From positions 9,296,587-9,360,586 of the forward strand of contig CM120648.1 in NCBI GenBank assembly GCA_051362555.1: a stretch of 64,000 bases of DNA, read 5' to 3'. Made by a program: the position numbers and the translations under genes. A model generated the notes under the pieces. It searched no databases. It was not told where the DNA came from and worked only from the letters and a program-made list of their open reading frames with translations. This document shows, one piece after another, positions 1-11,932 of this stretch; position 1 is the first letter of the stretch; every line of letters begins with the position of its first letter. This stretch comes from Lingula anatina. Its lineage: Eukaryota; Animalia; Brachiopoda.

Positions 1-340
1 CTTAATTTTAGTATGCCATTTGGTATATATGCTCTTACAATAATATCACAAAAATTTGCTTTGCGTAGACAGCTATCCTGTTTTAATAGTGTTAAGTCTA
101 AAACTTCACCTTTTTGTGTGAAACGGGGGTGGCCCCCTGGTAAGTGTGACAATGTCCAATCCATCTGTTCCAGTAAGGGACATTGACTCTACAATAAACA
201 TACAATTAATGTCTAAATATATACAGGCAAGTGGAACAAAACTGATCTTAGAAAAAATAAAATCACACCATTAATTTAACAATACAAAAATAGCGCTAAC
301 ATCTTAAACATAATCACTTTGTACAAAACTGGCTCTCAGA

Positions 341-532
341 GAGCGCATTCAGAACTGTTACAGTGGACTAACAGATATGCAGACAAAATGTGGCGACACC
401 AACTAAAAAGCTTATCGCTTAATTCAGGATTAGACACCGAATAGATTTCCTGCAGGGATTACGCAACAAGCATTGAAGTGGGTCTGCGATATTTGATCTT
501 TGGATCTGTTAGTCCACTGTTCTGAATGAGTC
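341..532. mobile_element. MITE family D copy
   Basis: cattcagaac..agtggactaacagat / atctgttagtccactgttctgaatg. Confidence 0.75.
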
Positions 533-2561
533 TAGAGAAACTGTGGCTTTTGCCATGGCCTACCTGATACCAAGCAGCAATGGCAGATCCAGAGGGGGTG
601 GGGGTAGGGGGGTGGGGGGCAGTAAACAAAGTACCCCTCAGTTTCTGATACCCTTTTCTCCTTCCCTCCAAAATGTACAAAACCAAACAAAACCTATTTA
701 TTATACTCAAGTCAATGGTTTCATATTGTGAAGCAAGGCAAATTTTTATAAAATGTTTGTATCCCACCCCCACCCCCAGTATCAAACCCTTGGATCAGCC
801 ACCACTGCGGAAGAAGTCTGTACAGCATCAAATAATTGCAATATTTGCCCTAAAGCTCCCATGGAAAAACATACAGCAAACATGTTTGATTTTTGTGAGG
901 TCACTTGTACTTGTAAAATTTTCACCCATCTGATGTTGAGCCCGGTCCCCTGGTTTCAAATTAATCTGAGAAAGAAACATTTCGGACTTGAACCCAAACA
1001 GAAAGTTTCAAACTCTATGTTAGGAAGTACAAAACAAAAACTGCTTTGCAAAAATGGAAATATTACTGCGTGTTCCAAATTACTAAGGAATTACCATATA
1101 CATTCTACAAGGTAAGTTGTGAAGAGGATGACATACAAAAGGAAAACAAAGAGCTAAAATAAATAATCTTATGATGGCTTATTACAAACTAAACAATGAA
1201 ACATAAAGAATTATTGCACAACCATTCTAATGATTCTAAAGATGTTAAACAGAATGTGCTGAAAGGGAGATTGAGGTTGGGGGGAGGGGGTGTGCAAAGG
1301 GGTCGCCAGAATCCAAATGTGAACATTTATTGCCAAAATTAGGCCACCTTAACCTTACTAAATACTTCGAAAGCATATTTCTTCAGATTGTAACATTGGT
1401 AGTAGGATAAAACATCAATCTGGACAGTGAGGGAGTTACACAGTACCTATCAGTTCCATTAGAAAATTTTCTACATCTTAACTGAACCAGGGCTTTTAAT
1501 ATTAATTAAAAATAAAAATAAAAATTTACTTTGCCTTTTATAGTTCCACCATGTTTCCCTGTTGTTTTGAAATTTCACATTATCCAATTTTTAATGAACT
1601 GCAATCATGGCACATTAAGAAAATTAAAATAACATTTTAGAAACAAAAAAGGGGGTAAGTGATGCCCTTTTTGAGCAAATTTGGTCAAAAGTTGGCCTTT
1701 ACTCAAAAAATTTTAATTTAGTGACTTTAGTATAAAAATGGAAGCCATTTACTGCACTTCGTGAAACTGCCTAATTGCTTCATTTCAGTGAATTTAACCG
1801 ATTCATAGTAGACTGCACTTTTCATCTCAATGGCAACTATCGAATTAGAATGATAGGTTTAACGGAATCCAGTTCCAGGCCCCAGTTTCACTAAAAAACT
1901 GAAGTCAGTTCCTTGGCTTAGTTGACTAGGATTTCCATGAGAGTGCTGTTACACTACTCCTGATAGGGTAAGATGTGCCCATGTAACCATGGTAATTAAG
2001 TTCTTAGACAAGTTTTTTTGTGAAGCTGGGGCCAGTTACACTGTTCATCACACAAACATCTCTACATTTAATTTCAGTTTGAAAGGTGAAGAGACATTTT
2101 TTTGTCCATCATTACCCGCTTCCTTCGGCAGTGAAATGTAACTTGGTGAAAGAATTGTTCCTTTCCCTCGATATAATGACCAAGATTTTACAAGCAAACC
2201 CTTGTGTCCCAACTTCTTTCTTAAAAATAAGTTGCTGGTATCTATGGATACATCTCAAGTTTCTAAACTGGCTAGCATACTGCAGCATATAAAAAGAGGA
2301 CACTGCTGCTTCTTGGTCACCTACTCTTTTGTTCAAATGATTTTAACATTTTCACTCTCCATAAGGAGCCATTTTTGCTTTGTTTTTCTCTTTTTTTTTC
2401 AGCGAATATAACTCACTGTTGGTCTGCTGCTTTTGCCTTTTTTGGGCAAATAATGTTGTTCTTCAATCAGTTTGCAATAATATACATTGGTTGATTGCTT
2501 ACTTCAACCTTTTTTGGCAAATAATTATTCCCCCAATTTCATGCCAACAACATAATCAGTA

Positions 2562-2786
2562 TCAGGATTTGATTTTTCCGTTCTCTGGTTTACTATAACT
2601 GGCACCTGCCGGGGAAGCGATTTCTGTCTCTTCAATCTTTGGCATGTCTAACGCAGACCTGAGTTCGTCTGTGAGTTCTCCAGTGAGTTCCCGGCTACCC
2701 CGCCTCTTAATTAGTTCTTCCTGTTGTGCGCTGTGCATGTCTGTGTAGTACTTCAGACCTATACGAACAGGTTCTATAATCTGCTC
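2562..2786 (-). CDS. PDE9A: PDE9 terminal coding exon 13 (EQIIEPVRIGLKYY...NGKIKS*)
   Basis: Acceptor TCTCCAG, phase 0, reading to a TGA at 2564-2562. Confidence 0.85.
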   Translation of the reverse strand, partial: EQIIEPVRIGLKYYTDMHSAQQEELIKRRGSRELTGELTDELRSALDMPKIEETEIASPAGASYSKPENGKIKS

Positions 2787-2807
2787 CTGGAGAATATAAG
2801 ATTTTAT

Positions 2808-2810
<3 letters not shown>

Positions 2811-2894
<84 letters not shown>
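2811..2894. repeat. (TA)n microsatellite, about 42 units, in the last PDE9 intron
   Basis: Read directly from the sequence. Confidence 0.98.
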
Positions 2895-2897
<3 letters not shown>

Positions 2898-3001
2898 CCC
2901 ATAAATCTGTACAACTCACACTTGATCCCATACATACATTAATATTATGAATTTGTAATGCCAAAATAATAATACTAAAACTTGGTGGTCATATAACCTA
3001 C

Positions 3002-3148
3002 CTCTATACATGGAAATAATTCTCCCAGAGCTTCGAAGAGAGGAAGAAGAACATATTTGATAAAGCCCATCTGAGACGATGATTTGGTGACTTTTTCCCG
3101 GTCCATAAAAGGAGCAACGGGCAATCCTTCCAGCTTCTCCACATCACT
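3002..3148 (-). CDS. PDE9A: PDE9 coding exon 12 ([49 protein letters not shown])
   Basis: Invariant purine-binding Gln and Phe (QMGF). AG/GT boundaries, 147 nt. Confidence 0.96.
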
Positions 3149-3568
3149 CTGAAAGTATAATTTCACAGGTACTATCTTTATAACAGTGTTCAGTAGTACA
3201 AGTACATTTGTTTCAAAAGGTTATGGCCTCAGATATTTCAGTTGTATAAGAGCCAGAATATATAAATCACATCTATACTAACTGAGGATTGCTAAAAAAA
3301 TCTGACCACGAGATTGTGTGTACTGTCTCCAAGAAATCGCTTTAGCTGTGACAAGCATTTGTTGGCTTTGACTAAGATACTGTTTTAGTTAAAACAAGGA
3401 AAATATGTTGCCTGTGACAAAGATTTTGTGTTAGTTGTAACAAGGAGATCATTGGCTGAGACAGTGAGACTGGGTCAGGCGAAACAGTGAAACAGATTGC
3501 ATTAGCTGTGAAAGTGAGATTATGTTAATAGAGACAGCGAGATTGTGTGAGTTGAGACAAAGCCCTAC

Positions 3569-3673
3569 CTGTGTGAAGAACTCTGTAAGGAGACAGTCCA
3601 GCCAAGGTTCTGCCACCTCCAGTGGACGTGCCTCATTTGAAATATCTGCCACCTTAATCAGGATCATCATTAG
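3569..3673 (-). CDS. PDE9A: PDE9 coding exon 11 ([35 protein letters not shown])
   Basis: DISNE.RP motif typical of PDE9. AG/GT boundaries, 105 nt. Confidence 0.96.
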
Positions 3674-4065
3674 CTGAAAGGGAAACACAAATAAGTTTCA
3701 CAGAAGTCTACAAATGTGGTTTCTTTTCAATATCGATTAAGTTTTTTTCTGTCAATTTACACTGTAGCATTCAAATCGGTACATTGTATTATGCTTAAGG
3801 TTCTGTTTCATGCAAGTTACCTACCCACACCATATTTTTGTTTGAGCAAGTTACCAATAATTTTAATTTCCAACCAACAATATAACTTTTTATATCTAAT
3901 GCTGGTAAAATCAACCAAGAAATATTCAATTAATATACGCACGCAGTTCTGAAAATTAAAGGAGCATAAGCTACAAAGATCAAGTCTGTTAGTACACACA
4001 CTTTCTTTTTTTTTAACTATTCAATTCAATACTGTTCAATTCCTGAATTTACCAGCAAAACTTAC

Positions 4066-4168
4066 CAGAGATTTGTGTTCTTTGTTCTTAAAATCAAAGT
4101 TTGGTATGAGTGACTTGAAATTGTTGACAATCTCAGAGTGTTTGGCCATATCTGTGGCTAGAATGCAC
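4066..4168 (-). CDS. PDE9A: PDE9 coding exon 10 (KCILATDMAKHSEIVNNFKSLIPNFDFKNKEHKSL)
   Basis: ILATDMA.H motif. Acceptor CCTCCAG, donor GTAAGT, 103 nt. Confidence 0.95.
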
Positions 4169-4570
4169 CTGGAGGGAAAAAGGGTATTCACTAATATTCA
4201 GCTGGAGAAATGTGTGATGTGTACAGTGACAGACTCGTATACATACTATAATCTAACTTAAGAGTGAAAACTCTCATTCATTGACAAGGAAAAAAAAAAA
4301 CTGGGAATAATCTTCCAGTACAGTTGTTCCATTGTTATAGATAATTGTTGTTATCAGGTTTCTACCAATGCACTGAATCACTGAATAATATGTAAAATGA
4401 TACAAGATAGTGATTTTTGCCTCATTACCACTGTTTTGGTGGTAATACAGAAATCGTTATATTTCTACGTTTCTACGCGTTGTTTACAATGTATTAATTG
4501 TGAAATATGGATCTCACAGAGTTGGTATCCCTTAAACCAGCTGACCTGTTTCCCTTAAGTGAGACGCTTA

Positions 4571-4795
4571 GGGTGTATTCCCAGAGATTTAGATCGATCC
4601 AGGGATTAAGATTTAGATCGACCTAACTCCCTGGGGGTTCACGCTAAATTGCAATCAGCCGAGCGCACACCATAGTTAATTACCCCCTTACAGCTTTCAG
4701 TAGGCGGGACAGATGCTTAAGCCGGCTAAGCTGACAGTAATCAAGTGAGACTCCCCACAGGGATAGATCGATCTAAAATCTATGGAAATGGGGTC
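4571..4795. mobile_element. MITE family C (PIF/Harbinger-like, TTA TSD), inserted in the PDE9 exon 9 donor
   Basis: Imperfect TIRs containing (ttt)agatcgatc, with TTA on both sides (4568-4570 and 4796-4798). Homologous to 45480-45693 and 34595-34805. Confidence 0.85.
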
Positions 4796-4799
4796 TTAC

Positions 4800-4960
4800 T
4801 TGATCATGCCTTCCCTGATTCTTTTAAATGTGTCGACTGGTACATTCCTGAATATATTTGCATTGTTCTTCTCCAGAATCTCGAAGGCGACAGAACAGTG
4901 GTGGTTTTCCAGAGGAGAGATATCATTGTAGCGCAGAGCCAGCTCTGTTCTTGCATTGAT
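4800..4960 (-). CDS. PDE9A: PDE9 coding exon 9 ([21 protein letters not shown]...IREGMI)
   Basis: Very close to PDE9[22 protein letters not shown]. Donor GTAAGA, 161 nt. Confidence 0.96.
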
Positions 4961-5363
4961 CTGAAAAAAGGGTACAAGGCACAAAGTGCTAATATAAGTT
5001 CATAATATGTTGATTCAATGTCATTTCTCAAATTACAACTGTTCTCAATGTAACAGTTTCAGCTAGAATTTACTATTTAAACCAATACTAACCAATCTAA
5101 TTTACCTGTAAGGAATTTATTACTCATATCAAAATAATTATCAATCTGACAGGTAGAAATTCATTACTCAAAATATATAAATATGTAAACATTTATTTAT
5201 TTATTTATTTATTTTAATTATAAATCTGACTACTCAAATCAAAGTAACTATCAATCTGGTTGACCTGTTATGGATTACGTTACTCATATCAAAATAATTA
5301 TCAGTCTGACAGACCAGGTTGGAATCCATTACACAAATTAACAACATTATTAATCCCACAGAC

Positions 5364-5486
5364 CTGGTAGGCATTATTATACCCTGGATGCCCCAGATCA
5401 TGACATATAGCTGAGGTAATGAGGATTAAGACTTCTAAATCATCAATGTAGCTGGACAGATCTATTAACCAGGTCATTCCATACAT
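5364..5486 (-). CDS. PDE9A: PDE9 coding exon 8 (MYGMTW...SAICHDLGHPGYNNAYQ)
   Basis: Contains the class I PDE signature HDxxHxGxxN. Acceptor TTTCAG, donor GTCTGT, 123 nt. Confidence 0.95.
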
Positions 5487-5512
5487 CTGAAATAGAACAG
5501 AAAGACATTAAT

Positions 5513-7364
5513 AACTAGAGGATCAGAGAGGCGATACCGCCTCCGAATATTGTACCACCAGCTGGAGCAAGCGCATTCTTTTAGACCCCCACATACACAA
5601 AATAAGGGACACAGCCACCAGTCTTGTGCTTGACAAGCTGTAAACATGCAACAAGAATTTTAAAAATATGCAAAAAATACATATAACTAAAAATGGTACA
5701 ATCAAATTTAAGTTAATCGTAAGGTAGGTCAAAGGTCAATTTCAAGGTCACAGTAAATTGCCAGTATATGACTTCCTATTCAAGTTCAATAGTAACTATG
5801 GACCTATCTCTGCCAGTTTTAGAGATAAAAGGGAAGCAAATTTTGCAAAGTTCAGTTCATGGTGAAAAGTAGGTCAAAAGTCAATTTTAAGGTCTCATCT
5901 AGATTGCCAGTATATGACTTCCTATTCAAGTTCTATAGTAACTATTGACCTATCTCTGCCAGTTTTGGAGATAAAAGGGAAGCAAAATTTGCAAAGTTCA
6001 GTTCATGGTGAAAAGTAGGTCAAAGGTCAATTTCAAGGTCACACTTAGATTGCCAGTATATGACTTCCTATTCAAGTTCAATAGTAACTATGGACCTATC
6101 TCTGCCAGTTTTGGAGATAAAAGGGAAGCAAAATTTGCAAAGTTCAGTTCATGGTGAAAAGTAGGTCAAAGGTCAATTTCAAGGTCACACTTAGATTGCC
6201 AGTATATGACTTCCTTTTCAAGTTCAATAGTAACTATGGACCTATCTCTGCCAGTTTTGGAGATAAAAGGGAAGCAAAATTTGCAAAGTTCAGTTCATGG
6301 TGAAAAGTAGGTCAAAGGTCAATTTCAAGGTCACATCTAGATTGCCAGTATATGACTTCCTATTCCAGTTCAATAGTAACTATGGACCTATCTCTGCCAG
6401 TTTTGGAGATAAAAGGGAAGCAAATTTTGCAAAGTTCAGTTCAGGGTGAAACGTAGGTCAAAGGTTAATTTAAAGGTCACATTTAGAAGTAGGTCAAAGG
6501 TCAATTTCAAGGTCACAGTTGACCACAAGTTGTCTGCTTTGCCCAGCCTTATATATTATTTTTCCAGAGTTCAAAATTTATTATCCATTACGGTACTGCA
6601 CATTTTGCTTTCACCACCAATATGTAATTTTTGATATAGCGTAACTCGAAAACCGTATGGAATACAAAAAAACGGAGACCACCTGCAGTGTTGGGCTTTA
6701 CATGCTCTACAAAATGCAAAAAAGAATGGGTCTTTAGCATTAACGGTTCCCCAATAAGAGACAGTTTTCAGTTACGGTAGTTTATGGCCGCTACTCCCGT
6801 GAAAATGCACCGAATGACCCCAAATTCACGGAGATGAAAGATGACCCCAAGGGTAACAGTTTCCAATAATATAATTGGTTAAGTATGTGTGGTGTCTGAA
6901 TAACAGGGCAAAAAATTTTTTTTTCGTAAAAAAAATCATTTGTTTTGAAAATTTTGGCCCATTTGACCTTGAAATAAAGGTCAAAGGTCAAATCCAAGGG
7001 CATATTTGAAATCTACACATATGACTTTTGGAAAGCCGTCTGTAGAAAATTTTCCCATAACTCCTTCCGTAGGGTAGATAATTTGCATTTAATTTTGCCA
7101 TTTTTAGACAAGGGTGCATTGCAATGAGTGCCACACCTAGACCCCAATACCGACAAAGCCCAAATTTTACGTGGAACGAGTTGAGATTATAGGTGGCCTA
7201 AATCCAAGAGATGGGTACGGGAACCCTTATCGTCTAGGAGGAGAAGCGGTAACGGTGACTTGGCGGCGGAGCCGCAGGAGCCGGCGGAGCCGCAGGAGCC
7301 GGCGGAACATACGGGTCGGGACTAAAACCATGGGTACCGCCAGCGCCTACGCTGGTGGTACAAT
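5513..7364 (-). mobile_element. Helentron/HINE-like non-autonomous element, copy A, with internal 146-bp satellite
   Basis: On the minus strand it has a subterminal IR (attgtaccaccagc / gctggtggtacaat), a 5' hairpin, a 9-bp GC-rich microrepeat, a central tandem array, a 3' hairpin GAGGCG..CGCCTC and a CTAGTT end. A near-identical copy lies at 24525-27307. Confidence 0.85.
5724..6518. repeat. 146-bp tandem satellite, about 5.4 copies, inside HINE copy A
   Basis: The marker ccagtatatg occurs at 5761, 5907, 6053, 6199 and 6345. Confidence 0.95.
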
Positions 7365-7896
7365 AAGTCACTATCACAGAATCTTCTCTCAAAAAAAAAA
7401 AAAAAACTGAGCATTTATCATGGGACCAACACCCAGATTTTTTTGTGGATCTTGACAAATTTTAGGAACCATCAGAAGTGAATTAAAAAACACAAAAATT
7501 CCACATTTCCGTGGAAAAAGCTCATGTCTGATAATAATAATAATAATATTTTCAACTTATTAAAAAATCTCAACCATATCTTCTCTACTGCAATATTCAG
7601 TGGACCTCGGCAGGTTTACCAGCAACATCAGTCATGAAATTGATAAAAAAAAAAAAAAATACAGATCTCACTCCATAATACTAATGTGCTCTTCTCATCC
7701 AGTTCACATCAAAGACTTTTATCACATCTACAGATCAATAGCCAGTCAGTTGTGTGATCAAAGTCCTTTGATAAAGGATCAAAACATCACTGGGTAGAAA
7801 AACATGTTTTCTCTCTTTAGAAATGATTCAATCTTTTATCTTCATAACACAAGAGAGGACTAAAAGCCCTGTAGTTAACCTATACATTGTCTTTTT

Positions 7897-8063
7897 CAGG
7901 GGCGGATTTAGGCCGTCTTTTGGGTCTTCCGGAAGACGGTGAGATTTTCAAGTTTACATTGCCAGGTATCTAATGTTTTCTGTCGGACAACAGTCAAAAT
8001 GGAGGATTGATGAACAAAGATAAATTGGAAGACTGTCAGAAAATATCTCTGGATCTGCCCCTG
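7897..8063. mobile_element. CAGGGGCGGAT-ended MITE
   Basis: caggggcggatt / gatctgcccctg. The same interior (tcttccggaagacggt) occurs at 17833-17979 and about 53549-53695, and partly at about 11107-11200. Confidence 0.8.
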
Positions 8064-8386
8064 TTTTTTAGAAAAGGACAAATATAGTTTTACTTCCACT
8101 GTGAAACACTCACCCCCCACACAGTGCATTGTAGTTAACAAGGCAATTACACTGATTATTTGATGGCACTACCGGTAACAGTGGCTTATTGACCTATACC
8201 TGCAAGCAGTAGTCACAATATAATATGAGTCTCAAGAGTAAAGCAAGCTCTTAAGTTTTCACTTAATTTGCACAAATGAACTCACTCCTGTCTCATTCAT
8301 CCATCAACTAGATCATATTATAAAGGCCTTAAAATATAAGATTTATAGGGATCTCTCTCTCACTCTCTCTTTCTCTCTCACACACA

Positions 8387-8441
<55 letters not shown>

Positions 8442-8443
8442 AT
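8387..8443. repeat. (AATA)n microsatellite
   Basis: Read directly from the sequence. Confidence 0.95.
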
Positions 8444-9852
8444 ATGTCACAAAACCTCAGAGCAAGGTTTACCAGGTAGGTTATTCACTGATGTGAGTTA
8501 GTCTGCTTTCCGGTCTTAGGTAACTATAATTGTCTGTACTCGTCATTATTTTGATATCAAGACACCACAATATGGGTTTTAATATCCTCTGGAAGGAGGA
8601 TATGGCCCCCTTACGTCAAGCAATAATTTCTAGTATAAGATGACATGTGCCGATCTCATTTCCACCTTCGATACGAGACCTGAACTTAATTACGTCCCTT
8701 GATTCAGCAACCCCAAACAACACTATAATGAGAACCAAGATAGGGCTTCAAATGGTAAAACTTAATATAAAATAAATATGTAGTGGTCCATTAAGTATCA
8801 GACTACAGCATTAGTTCTTATTTCTTTCTTTTCTTTTAATATAAAAAGGTGAAATTTTCTCGTGCAGTTTTGTCATTTATTTGGGGACAATGTGGAAAGG
8901 AAAACGTTGTCCTTACAGTTACGAACAACATAAGACTTAAGTTATTTTGTTAATCCAAAACTGACTCCTGGTTTTAATTTAGTGGCATTCTTTTAGGAAA
9001 GAAATATTCTGTAATCCTTGTGATGAGAAGTCTCTAGGTGGACAGGCAGTCATTATTTCAGTTAATGGCCGATGTTTTTATTCAGCTCTTTCTCTCTCTC
9101 TCTCTCTAAGATAAAGACGGAATTATAATCAAATCCTTAGTTTTTTTTCAGTGAGACATCAAATTAGCAAAATTTTATTTTTCCTTTTGTTGGTCAAATA
9201 AGTCATCTTTAGCCCATATGTTTAAAATGTGTGTGTGTGTGTGTGTGTATGTGTGTATGCGTGCCCACACGTGTACAAACATGCATGTGTGTAATCAGGA
9301 AAATCATGTGACAATTTAGTATACTTAACAAATGATTGTGTTAACGAAAGGAAGTGAGCTGCTTTCAAAGGTGAGTTTATATGGACATTTTCCTCTCTGA
9401 TTGCATGTCAACTATGCATGTGTGATTGTTCTCACGGCATAGAGGTTTGTATAACTGCCCTAAATATTTCATAAGTGTTCAAGATAGAAGAGGCTTCATG
9501 TTTCATATAGATAAGGTTTCAACTTCCTTTTAAGGCCTAAAAAAGTACTGTGTTTTTTGTCAAGAAAAAATTTGAAAGTGGTGCAATGTTTTTTTTTTTT
9601 AATACACATTCAGTCCAGATCCTGCCATTCAGGTAACCGGCTTTGGATAGCATGCTAAATGGTAACTTACTTAAACTTCTGCTCAGTTAAAAATGCATAA
9701 AATCAAAGTAAAAACATGTCAGCATGACATATAATATAAAGATAAACTTGGGCACCAACAAAATACCACATGCAGCCACAAAATACTGCAAGCAGAGCTG
9801 CATGTGCTTGAATGTCATCCAGAGCGGCGAACGCCCATGCGATGAGAAGTAT

Positions 9853-9945
9853 GGGACCGTTCACATGAAAAATCTATTTTCTAAAAATAAAGATATTGGC
9901 GGTATCTTTATTTTTAGAAAATAGATATTTCATGTGAACGGTCCC
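9853..9945. mobile_element. Miniature (93 bp) member of palindromic MITE family P
   Basis: gggaccgttcacatgaaaaatctattttctaaaaataaagata and its near-perfect reverse complement. Confidence 0.85.
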
Positions 9946-11228
9946 TTAATGTATGTGTGAATAAACAAAGTGAAAAGCTTCCTCACATTTTTTGTTTGCT
10001 TGTGATGTAGGACCTGTAACACATGCAGTATCGGGGTAGTGTGAAGCCAAGGACCCGAATGTTACGGTGAAATTCCTTTAGTTTACTTTATTATTTTAGT
10101 TCAAAATAAACCTCTAGCCGACATGCAGATTTAAACCGGTCTCCAACTGATAATGCGGGACTGATAGGCCCAATACTAACTTGGTGCCAAAGGCCATGTG
10201 GCACCTCCGACAACAAAACGCAAAAAAGATTATATTTTCAAAAATGTTGTTATAGGTGTCTCTTTTATATTGATAATTTTAGTTGCATTTGATACTGAAA
10301 TGTTGTGCATTACACTCCCTTAGATAAAAAGACAAAAACATCTTTTGAAAATACATGATATCCCACATTTTTTTTTATCTCATACATTTGTGATGGAAAT
10401 ATTTCATACCTCAAGCCTTATTTATGTCATTCTACTTCTTTTCTTCCTTTTGTAGAGACTATCAATTCTTTTGACTCAATCAACCAGTAAGTGCATTTCT
10501 TCCGCATGACATTTTCAACAGGACACCCAAGTTATTTTCACCCTTCAGCAGAAAAATATTCTTTAAATCTTAACCAAGTGTCAGTAAGTCGAATTTCTCA
10601 GAAAGGAACCTGCTAAGCTTTCCTACATTATAAAGCCTCAACTATTCCGTGAATAATTTCATCTTCATTATTGCAAATCCTCTCAGAAAGTGGAAATGCA
10701 AATATTTCTTGCATTACCTTAATTTATTATCTTTGGGCTGAAAAAAAATGCATGGTCATCGAAGGACCTCTCAAACCAAAACTAAAAAAAATAGAACTTT
10801 TGATGTGACAAGGCTTGGAGAGTTGCAGACAGTGACCTAAACCACACGGAAAACTTCCTGCTTTTCACTTTGTGGCACTGTGACTTCATGGTCAACATCC
10901 ACACAGACTTAAACAGACTGCATGTAGAGAAGAGAAACTCCAACAGAAGTGGCAAGACAGAAGATTTTGTCATGCTCATTCAAATCATGACTTAATGTCA
11001 ACTTGCCACCTGAGCACTAAAACATAAGACAGTTGTAAAAAATTGTCTAGATAAAAAGAACAAAATGAGCTGAATATTTGGAAGCATCAATTCAAACCAT
11101 GAATTACAGGGGTGGATCCAGAGATATTTTCTGGCTGTCTTCCAAATTATCTTTGTTGATCCATCCTCCAATTTTTTTTACTGTCTTCCGTCAGAACAAA
11201 TTATTCCCTGAATTATGTGTCAACTTAC

Positions 11229-11324
11229 CATTTGAGCCACCATGAAACAATGTTTGAAGTTGTGAAAGGGAACGGGATTGTAATGGCGGTACACCTCAAA
11301 CAGCCAATGCTGCAGCACTGAGAG
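11229..11324 (-). CDS. PDE9A: PDE9 coding exon 7 (LSVLQHWLFEVYRHYNPVPFHNFKHCFMVAQM)
   Basis: Contains the PFHN..H metal-binding motif. Acceptor TTTCAG, donor GTAAGT, 96 nt. Confidence 0.95.
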
Positions 11325-11456
11325 CTGAAAAAGGATAAAAGCAACATTTTATATGTATTGATCTTATTGTCATTAATAATGTTATATGTTTGAGGCTTCT
11401 TTATTTTAGATAAAATCCTAAAGCTGATGACAATCGAATCACAGACAAAAGAACAA

Positions 11457-11688
11457 GATCGCATTCACAACGAGTTGAGCCAGGCTTTACAAATCTCACA
11501 GGCCTCCCCATGTGTCATCCCAATGGAGCTGAGATTTAATGACTGTCCCCCCGCAGGGACGACGTGTGGGGAGGCGTGTGAGAGGCGGAGAGACTATTAA
11601 AAGATTAGGCTTTTTTCTTTCATGTACGACCGCCATATTTAGTCCCCAAGATTTGTAAAGCCTGGCTCAACTTGTTGTGAATGCGATC
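11457..11688. mobile_element. MITE with about 40-bp TIRs and 3-bp TSD (CAA)
   Basis: gatcgcattcacaacgagttgagccaggctttacaaatct / agatttgtaaagcctggctcaacttgttgtgaatgcgatc. The interior is related to about 44150-44380. Confidence 0.88.
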
Positions 11689-11758
11689 CAAGACAACCAA
11701 TATCTCTCTCTCTCTCTCAAATTCAGAAAGTGAGAATTGCATAATTTATAGCATCAAA

Positions 11759-11808
11759 TATGTTGAATTTGGTGAGGAAACAGAGGCCTCATATAGCTGT
11801 TGCAGTAA
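11759..11808 (-). pseudogene. Decayed partial duplicate of PDE9 exon 6 (LLQQLY-GLCFLTKFNI, 1-nt deletion)
   Basis: Aligns codon by codon with 11936-11986 (LLQQMYIDLGFLTKFNI). Confidence 0.7.
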
Positions 11809-11932
11809 AGAGCTGGAAACACACTCTCTTTCTCTCTCACTTTGTTAGAGTGTATGCATGTGTGTACATACATGCCTGTGCGTTCACATTTTCAGATAGT
11901 GTCACAATTATATATCCTGTACAACACTCTAC

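Noticed and set aside
690-1335. PDE9 polyadenylation signal candidates (AATAAA on the minus strand near 697, 1178 and 1326)
   Set aside because: There are several equally plausible hexamers in AT-rich DNA, and one cannot be chosen without 3'-end data.
2707-2964. IYIYIY ORFs, and the VCVC/HTHT ORFs at 16297-16831, 37638-37945 and 61937-62230
   Set aside because: They are microsatellite translations.
7171-7410. Protamine-like ORF (RRSRRSRRSRR), repeated at 27123-27377
   Set aside because: It is a translation of the 9-bp GC-rich microrepeat at the HINE end, starts at GTG, and the two copies diverge exactly at the element boundary.
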